Assembly: GCA_046760225.1 (NCBI GenBank)
Contig: JBHIDR010000012.1
Span: 1-21,039 of the forward strand
DNA from: Candidatus Aenigmatarchaeota archaeon
GTDB taxonomy: Archaea; Aenigmatarchaeota; Aenigmatarchaeia; Aenigmatarchaeales; JACQIB01
Direction: 5' to 3'
DNA: 21,039 nucleotides
Every line of letters starts with the position of its first letter. Within the stretch, counting starts at the first letter, position 1. Below the pieces are notes generated by a model, which saw nothing but the letters and a program-made list of their open reading frames with translations, was not told the origin of the DNA and ran no database searches. The translations under genes and the position numbers were made by a program. Below, piece by piece: positions 15,401-21,039 of the stretch.

Positions 15401-18400
15401 GGCGTGCTCCCTTGTTGTAAATGGCGTTGTGCTGGATACAGACACGAACATAACGCAGAACACAGTAAAGTATTTTGAGCGGAGCGCAACAGTAGAAGGC
15501 ACATTCAACTGGTACATAAACTGTACAGACAGCATGGGGTATATGGCTTCAAGCAGCCTGATGACGAACACAGTCAATGCGTCCAAAGCAGATGTGCACG
15601 GGAAAGTGGTTGATAGCAGCAACAATCCGGTAAACGTTACCATCAGGTTCAAGCAAAACGGAATTACGAAATATATTAGCCAGGGTCTGATTCACAGGCT
15701 TGTGGTCGATGATGGTGTATATGATATTGAAGTGACGCCGGTCGGTCATATCATTAGCGGGGTGACATTCAAAAATGTCAATATTACAACAGGATTCAAA
15801 AAGGTTGTTGATATAGATACAGTGCAAGATGCGAACAAGACTGCCGGTTACGCAAGAGTGTATGCAGTAGACCCGACAGCACTGAATTTCAATAATGCCA
15901 CAATCACAGTAACAGCATCCCAGAATGCTACTGTGCTCTTCAAATGTTCAAGCTGGAACTTCACCACAGAGGAGTGTCCGGTTATTTCGGAGAACTGCAC
16001 TTCTGATCCGAATGAGAACAGTTCACAGATATGCAATTATACCGGCGGTTGGGAATATTTCATGGATGTGCTGCCCGGACAGGAGTACAATATTACACTA
16101 ACGCCAAATGACCCGGGATTTGCAGAGGGCAGCCCGAGCAACGGGACAGCAGACAATGGCGGGTATACCTTCATAACATCCCAGAACTCATACCAAACAT
16201 CAAGCGGAAGCTACCTCAATACATGGTCTGATGACAGTTCGTATTATTGTACGGGATATCATGATTCCGCGAGCAGCGGAACTAACAGATGGTACACTTA
16301 TTTTGATTTCAACCTTACCAACCTGAGTCTGACTTCCCTGGACAACCTTACATTCGAGTGGAGGGGATATGCAACAGGAAGGGACGGTTTATGCGCACCG
16401 ATTAATGATCCTGCAGAATGTTCTGATGGGCACGGGACATGCCAGCCGTCCTACATAAGGGTCTATGACTGGTCAACAGGACAGTGGGACATACTCAATT
16501 CAACTTCGTACACAGTTACAAGCGCATGGGACACCACGCAGCAGACCATCATAAGGTCCAATAACACACCAAAACAAAGCTGGTACAACAGTACCACAGG
16601 TACGGTAAGGGTGGCATTTGAACAACATGAAACAGGCATGTACTATCGCTATGAGACATACCTGATACATGACTATATACAGTTGAGTGTCGGTTATTCT
16701 TCAGGAGGGGGTTATGTTGTAGTCAACCTGCCTCCGGGCAAAAGGGCTGTCCTCGCTGAAAACACGTCAGTAGATGTGACAGCAGTGCCGCAAACAGGCA
16801 TCAAGGATATTTACCTTGCCCATGGAGCCTTTGGAAGCAACGGCAATATAATAGCAAGATTGACAATAGATTTCTCTTCAGATGTTGACTTGAGCGATAT
16901 TACAGTGGAAACCGACAGGAATAACAAGAAGGCAGTGATACACAAGCCCAGCTACCCGTCTGACGTGGTCCAGAAGAACCTGCTCATACCAAGCACAGGT
17001 GCAGGAGAGGCCTACATATGCCCGGGTGTAACGTCATTAAATGCAGTAAACACGCTCTGCTCGAACAGAGTAACAATTGGAGCAGGCCAAACAAAGAACG
17101 GCATGACGGTTTCCATGACAACACTTGATAACGAGGATTATTATCTCGTTTCCAATATCACGGGAACAGGTGGAGGGGAAGGCAGTGCACCAGTGGCCTC
17201 CAATGTAATTCTGAATTCGACCTCAGGCAGTAACCTCACAACTGATAACTTAACAGTAACTTATGATGTTTCTGATGCAGACAATGATACAGTAAAGAAC
17301 ATAACAAACTGGTACAAGGACGGTTCTTCAATAGCAGTCCTGAACATGCCGTTTGAAGGGGGAAGTAATTCAACCTACATAAAGGATTATTCTGGATACA
17401 GCAACAATGCAGCCTATGTAAATGCAACATGGAACTCATCTACTGGCTTTGATGGGAAGGGAGCATACAACTTTTCATCAACGTACATAGAAGTTTCAGA
17501 TGACAGTTCACTGGACCTCCCGGATGAGATGACGATTCTTGCGTGGATAAAGCCGGATACAGTAAGCAGTATTCATTTCATTGCAGAGAAAGGATACAAT
17601 GACAATGATAATTTCGGTTTCCTGACATACGGCGATGAGCTGTATTTCGAATACAACAGCACTTCAGGTTACCAGTACAAACAAACTTCAAATGTAAATC
17701 TCACAGCAGGCGAGTGGTACCACGTGGGTATTGTTGCAAATTCAACCTTCCTCAAATTCTTTGTGAACGGGCAGAATGTTGAAAATTTTAACCTGACTGC
17801 AGGATTTGTTACGAACGACCACCCCCTCCTTATAGGGCTGCAGAACTACACGGGAGCGCCCTATTACTTTGATGGCATTATTGACGAGGTTATGATATTC
17901 AACATGACGCTGTCGGATGAGCAAGTGGAAACAATCTACAGGAATGAAACAGACCTTATTGTTTCGCAAGAAACATCAGATGGCGATGTCTGGAAGGCGT
18001 GCGTAACGCCAAATGACGGGGCGCTTGATGGTACAGAAGTATGCAGCAATAACCTTAGTGTTGCTTATGATGCCACGCCACCAGCCATAAACATAATATC
18101 GCCAGCCAACAACTCCGAGGACATAGATGGGACAGTGCTTTTCGAATACAATGTCACGGACAGCGAGACATCTGTAAGCTCGTGCGGACTGATAATAAAT
18201 GATGTCACAGACCAGACAGACAACAATGTTACAGAAGGCGTGACGCTGAACTTCAGCAAAACAGGAATGATAGGCGGGAACTATTCCTGGAAGATTAACT
18301 GTACAAGCGAAGGTGGTGAAAGCCATTCGGATTTGAGAACAATCACAATCAAGCAGGCAATATTTGAAGACAATTTCACTCTGGCAGGAGGCTTCCAGAA

Positions 18401-21039
18401 TGATTCGGACAACAAGGCACCATGGGAATGGGGAAATGCCACTCAAATGAACGGCTGTCACAGCCCACCAAGCTGCTGGGGGACCAACCTGACTGGAAAT
18501 TATTATTCAAAGACATCTTCACCTCCGGATCCCTATGATGATTTCCTGACGCAGGTAAATTCAATGGACCTTTCCGATTATACCAACATTACACTGACAT
18601 TTTACCACTACAGGTATTTTGAAGATGCATCAACACTCTGGGATGCCGGAGTGGTTGATATAAATTACAACGGCTCATGGACTAGGCTGACGCCCGAAGA
18701 AGGGTACAGCGGCACAGTAGCCGGCAATGCTGATAGTTCGCTGGCGAACCAGTCAGCCTATGGTTACCATGGCAGCGGCTGGGAACTGGCAACCTTTAAC
18801 CTAACACCTTATGCTGGAAATTCAAATGTCACAATAAGGTTTTACTTTGCAGCTGACATGTATGCGCATGACAGGGGATGGTTCATAGACGATATAAGAG
18901 TCACTGGCGACGCTTCAATTGATACAGCAGCGCCATCATACTCCCAGCTTAAGGAATCACCAGCAGATTCAGCAGTATACAGTTCAGGAGCAAGCTACCA
19001 GTTCAACGCGACATGGACCGATGATACGGCTGTGGACACTGTAATCCTGGAGTTTGACGGTGTTAATTATACAGATGTCTCGAGCAGCGGAAACGAATAT
19101 TACAGGACGTTCACTGACCTGTCGGCTGGCGATTACAATTACCAGTGGTATGCAAAGGACACTTCCAATAACTGGAACAAAACAAGTACGATGATTTATA
19201 CAGTTGAGCAGGCAAATTCATCACTTTCAGTTGCGCTGGACCCGTCCTCGAGCGAAGCATTCGGAACAGAAACAACAGCCAACTGCAGCATCACTAGCGG
19301 GGATGCGGGTGCGACAATAACATTTTACAGGAATGGAACATCTGTAAATAATCCGGATGTTCAAACACTTGGGGCAGGTGTCTATAATTATACATGTATT
19401 TACACCCAATCGCAAAACTATACTGCAAACTCCAGTATTGACAATTATCTGACAATTAACAAGGCATCAACAACAACTAACTTGTATATAGACGGCTCTG
19501 AAGCAAACAAGAGCGTCACTTACGGTGCGCAAACAAATGTCACTGCAACAACATCTGCAGGCTCGGTGACGCTGTACAGGAACGGGCAAGCAGTAAATAA
19601 TCCGGACATAACAGCACTTGCAGCAGGAACTTACAATTACACGGCATACAACGCTGGCAATGATAACTATACAGGCAGTTCAGAAACATGGTGGGTGACT
19701 GTGGTGAAGGCAAACACAACATTAACACTGGTTGCTTCACCGAGCTGGACAGAAACATACGGAACAGAAACAAATATAAGCTGTAATGCCGACAATCCTG
19801 AAGTTTCACCAACATTATACAGAAATGGGGAAGCAGTGAGCAACCAGGATATTCTCATACTGGGTGCAGGGACGTATAACTATACCTGCAACAACACTGC
19901 AACGCAGAATTATACAGCAGATTCGGAGAGCAACACACTGACAGTAAACAAACAAACAACTTCCACCAGCCTATTCATCAACGGTTTTATGTCAAACGAT
20001 ACAATAACATACGGAGCACAGTCGAATGTTACTGCCACAACCTCAAACCTTTCAGTAACACTTTACAGGAACGGAACAGCTGTGAACAACCCGGATATGC
20101 TTGTGCTTGGGGCCGGTATCTATAATTACACTGCTGTAAACGAGGGCAATAATAATTATACTGGAAGCTCGTCTACATGGTGGGTGACTGTAAACAAGGC
20201 AGACAACCCTGTAAATCTATATATTAATGATAAATTAAACCAGAATGATACAATAATATACGGTACACAAAACAATGCTACTGGAACAACCCTGATTGGA
20301 ACAGCATACCTCTACAGGGACAGTGCTCCAGTAACAAACCCGGAAATAACAACACTGGCTGCGGGAACATACGCCTACAAGGTAAACAGTACAGGCAATG
20401 CCAATTATTCTGACAATTCAACTGGGCTGACCTACTATTTGACAACCAATAAGGCCATGTCAGCAATTGAGGTTTCCCTGAGCCCTTCGGACAATGAAAC
20501 CTATGGGACATCGTCCACAGCAAGCTGTGGAATAGTGACAGGTGAATCCAATGCAACACTAACGCTCTATAGGAACAATAATACAGTAGCTAGTGGGTCT
20601 GGCAACCAGTCTGAAACAACAATACTGGCAGCTGGTACATACAATTATACATGTTTGTATACAGAATCTGAGAACTTTTCAGCCAGCAGCAATACAGACA
20701 ACTATCTTACCATCAACAGGGCAACATCAACTGCTTCACTGGTCCTGTCCCCACCATCACCAGTAACATACGGAACTTCCACAACAGCAACATGCACTGA
20801 CACCAATCCGGAAACATCAGCAGGCCTTTACAGGAACAGCACAGATGTGACAGCAGAGAACAACACAGGTGTTGTTCTGGGAGCTGGTGGATACAGCTAT
20901 GTGTGCAATGTCACAGAAACAGAGAACTATACATCAGCAAGCAATAGTTCAGCCTATAATGTTGAGCAGGCATCCAACCCGGTGAACCTCTACCTGAACG
21001 GAACGCTTAATGCAAACAAAACAATAACATATCCTGCTG
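12474..21039 (+). CDS. Giant membrane-anchored surface glycoprotein/adhesin with an N-terminal winged helix-turn-helix (partial, at least 2855 aa, 3' end outside window)
   Basis: One frame from ATG 12474 (MATGKKGH...) to the window end (...NKTITYPA); no stop seen in manual translation and no + strand ORF in the track, as expected for a frame running off the end. Approximate domains by motif recognition: wHTH 12510-12713; K/R/P linker; TM 12867-12941; DUF11-like ~12990-13190; ENIT stalk 13380-13742; unnamed Cys domain x2 (14319-14783, 15594-16127); DNRLRE/CBM96-like 14784-15293; LamG ~17331-17940; InhA/MAM-like sandwich ~18360-18908; tandem Ig-like repeats from 19209. Confidence 0.92.
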   Translation, partial: MATGKKGHSFENLPEFEKEIVRIIQKKGQTASIDIARIMYPDLLNIRPKVSQVSVSLKRLEKKGVLKRTKKEGRKAYYNLRVPIKQRRIQRKIRTRKPVRPKIPMEEKPKQPMQPAAKPRISTFSKYHTKRIGIVFAALVILGLIISFGGITGLFLQENIQLSIVSNQLEGGQELAYSIRNIQPQKMTDITAQIILPAESSIMDSGGAVVQEEADRTILTWSIDSMESDETKSFVFTGVVDGRVEMAASGTIKGTEVAAADPYQASVGADSYYYHSLDAGEGYVEDITIFATASMIGVELPEENITEEIPQAGENITEEEIIENITENITEQELNITENITENITENVTQNITENITQPEQNITENITQNETIGEPEANETQEPEQNETIGTEETSQEPEQNETEEPETNETPEEQSEVSNITGAFLGGDSYVTLNVYIDSDNEVNGNEGFIGEIIFSGIWSGDVSASFPPETYPASSNIVTYSTDDVNIEFSEIIITKRFEKEISSSKLVDVYGVNVTEVPYTKLEEDVTYDAIIDSAELDESGTLTVVFHHDSPVPQPIYIEADFDYTLSKDQSSSGESVILTVLNWTEDDYFEVYIGGATEVVAFGAPEYYDFDASVLGAEGEKQNVTVEFKNARTKKLRKKTKGLDNVVKVKEGKYDIEMNPVEGPVKKIVFENIKLKENISEFVKLDTNVSVEGYDKTYAIDPTAFNFTNATVTVTATGTTLYKCKDWNLETQSCYGSWVLFKSDLVPGENYTFTLTPEDPAFSETLQPNATIGIDTFVNQKAPTTNYGSQTMLVAGESGGKYAGILIKFTGNIPANANITSAALKLYFYDSPTNPTNQINLSTRLITSNWNESDVTWNTRPTYSSQYSDKITLTNSYGWVEWDVTEMVQGWVNGSYTNHGIAVIPDTGTASTDKRFYSSDYSNASLHPLLETNYTTGQINISIAWPINNTQHGNGIVMSEFNVSSEYNITACSLVVNGVVLDTDTNITQNTVKYFERSATVEGTFNWYINCTDSMGYMASSSLMTNTVNASKADVHGKVVDSSNNPVNVTIRFKQNGITKYISQGLIHRLVVDDGVYDIEVTPVGHIISGVTFKNVNITTGFKKVVDIDTVQDANKTAGYARVYAVDPTALNFNNATITVTASQNATVLFKCSSWNFTTEECPVISENCTSDPNENSSQICNYTGGWEYFMDVLPGQEYNITLTPNDPGFAEGSPSNGTADNGGYTFITSQNSYQTSSGSYLNTWSDDSSYYCTGYHDSASSGTNRWYTYFDFNLTNLSLTSLDNLTFEWRGYATGRDGLCAPINDPAECSDGHGTCQPSYIRVYDWSTGQWDILNSTSYTVTSAWDTTQQTIIRSNNTPKQSWYNSTTGTVRVAFEQHETGMYYRYETYLIHDYIQLSVGYSSGGGYVVVNLPPGKRAVLAENTSVDVTAVPQTGIKDIYLAHGAFGSNGNIIARLTIDFSSDVDLSDITVETDRNNKKAVIHKPSYPSDVVQKNLLIPSTGAGEAYICPGVTSLNAVNTLCSNRVTIGAGQTKNGMTVSMTTLDNEDYYLVSNITGTGGGEGSAPVASNVILNSTSGSNLTTDNLTVTYDVSDADNDTVKNITNWYKDGSSIAVLNMPFEGGSNSTYIKDYSGYSNNAAYVNATWNSSTGFDGKGAYNFSSTYIEVSDDSSLDLPDEMTILAWIKPDTVSSIHFIAEKGYNDNDNFGFLTYGDELYFEYNSTSGYQYKQTSNVNLTAGEWYHVGIVANSTFLKFFVNGQNVENFNLTAGFVTNDHPLLIGLQNYTGAPYYFDGIIDEVMIFNMTLSDEQVETIYRNETDLIVSQETSDGDVWKACVTPNDGALDGTEVCSNNLSVAYDATPPAINIISPANNSEDIDGTVLFEYNVTDSETSVSSCGLIINDVTDQTDNNVTEGVTLNFSKTGMIGGNYSWKINCTSEGGESHSDLRTITIKQAIFEDNFTLAGGFQNDSDNKAPWEWGNATQMNGCHSPPSCWGTNLTGNYYSKTSSPPDPYDDFLTQVNSMDLSDYTNITLTFYHYRYFEDASTLWDAGVVDINYNGSWTRLTPEEGYSGTVAGNADSSLANQSAYGYHGSGWELATFNLTPYAGNSNVTIRFYFAADMYAHDRGWFIDDIRVTGDASIDTAAPSYSQLKESPADSAVYSSGASYQFNATWTDDTAVDTVILEFDGVNYTDVSSSGNEYYRTFTDLSAGDYNYQWYAKDTSNNWNKTSTMIYTVEQANSSLSVALDPSSSEAFGTETTANCSITSGDAGATITFYRNGTSVNNPDVQTLGAGVYNYTCIYTQSQNYTANSSIDNYLTINKASTTTNLYIDGSEANKSVTYGAQTNVTATTSAGSVTLYRNGQAVNNPDITALAAGTYNYTAYNAGNDNYTGSSETWWVTVVKANTTLTLVASPSWTETYGTETNISCNADNPEVSPTLYRNGEAVSNQDILILGAGTYNYTCNNTATQNYTADSESNTLTVNKQTTSTSLFINGFMSNDTITYGAQSNVTATTSNLSVTLYRNGTAVNNPDMLVLGAGIYNYTAVNEGNNNYTGSSSTWWVTVNKADNPVNLYINDKLNQNDTIIYGTQNNATGTTLIGTAYLYRDSAPVTNPEITTLAAGTYAYKVNSTGNANYSDNSTGLTYYLTTNKAMSAIEVSLSPSDNETYGTSSTASCGIVTGESNATLTLYRNNNTVASGSGNQSETTILAAGTYNYTCLYTESENFSASSNTDNYLTINRATSTASLVLSPPSPVTYGTSTTATCTDTNPETSAGLYRNSTDVTAENNTGVVLGAGGYSYVCNVTETENYTSASNSSAYNVEQASNPVNLYLNGTLNANKTITYPA
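13380..13742 (+). repeat. Coding low-complexity repeat (ENIT/QNET)n, acidic N-glycosylation stalk
   Basis: Degenerate 12-nt units such as GAGAACATAACA and GAAAACATCACT; 18 N-x-T sequons in about 121 codons. Confidence 0.9.
19209..21039 (+). repeat. Tandem Ig-like repeats of 81-89 aa (7 complete + 1 partial)
   Basis: Consensus KA...L.......TYG....T......LYRNG..V.NP....L(G/A)AG.YNYT......NY..S......TVN. Unit starts at about 19209, 19461, 19707, 19950, 20196, 20451, 20718 and 20967. Confidence 0.9.

Noticed and set aside
12425..20559. Many short minus-strand ORFs in the track
   Set aside because: Antisense shadows of the single giant + strand ORF; they have no recognisable motifs and mirror its repeats.

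Overview
Archaeal genomic window, standard genetic code. Gene content, non-canonical tRNA introns and a giant glycosylated surface protein suggest a DPANN lineage, possibly Aenigmatarchaeota-like (inference). The left 12.4 kb is mostly housekeeping: aCPSF1/FttA, a single-chain GMP synthase, a membrane metal-hydrolase-like gene, two minus-strand tRNAs, a metallophosphoesterase, ValRS with a PMHAS variant of KMSKS, aRF1, NYN, TatD and PIN nucleases, Rpo7 and Spt4, plus two small ORFs missing from the ORF track. tRNA-Ile(GAT) has an intron at 8/9, and tRNA-Ala(CGC) has two introns at 21/22 and 59/60, each with a bulge-helix-bulge (BHB)-type motif. The right 8.5 kb is one uninterrupted + strand ORF (12474 to beyond 21039, at least 2855 aa), absent from the track because it has no stop in the window. 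It encodes an N-terminal winged helix-turn-helix (wHTH), one transmembrane helix and a huge adhesin-like ectodomain. Top candidates for new biology: (1) this DNA-binding-domain/giant-adhesin fusion; (2) a tRNA-Ile 5' leader that mimics the acceptor stem and could act as a strand-displacement switch licensing splicing of the 8/9 intron.
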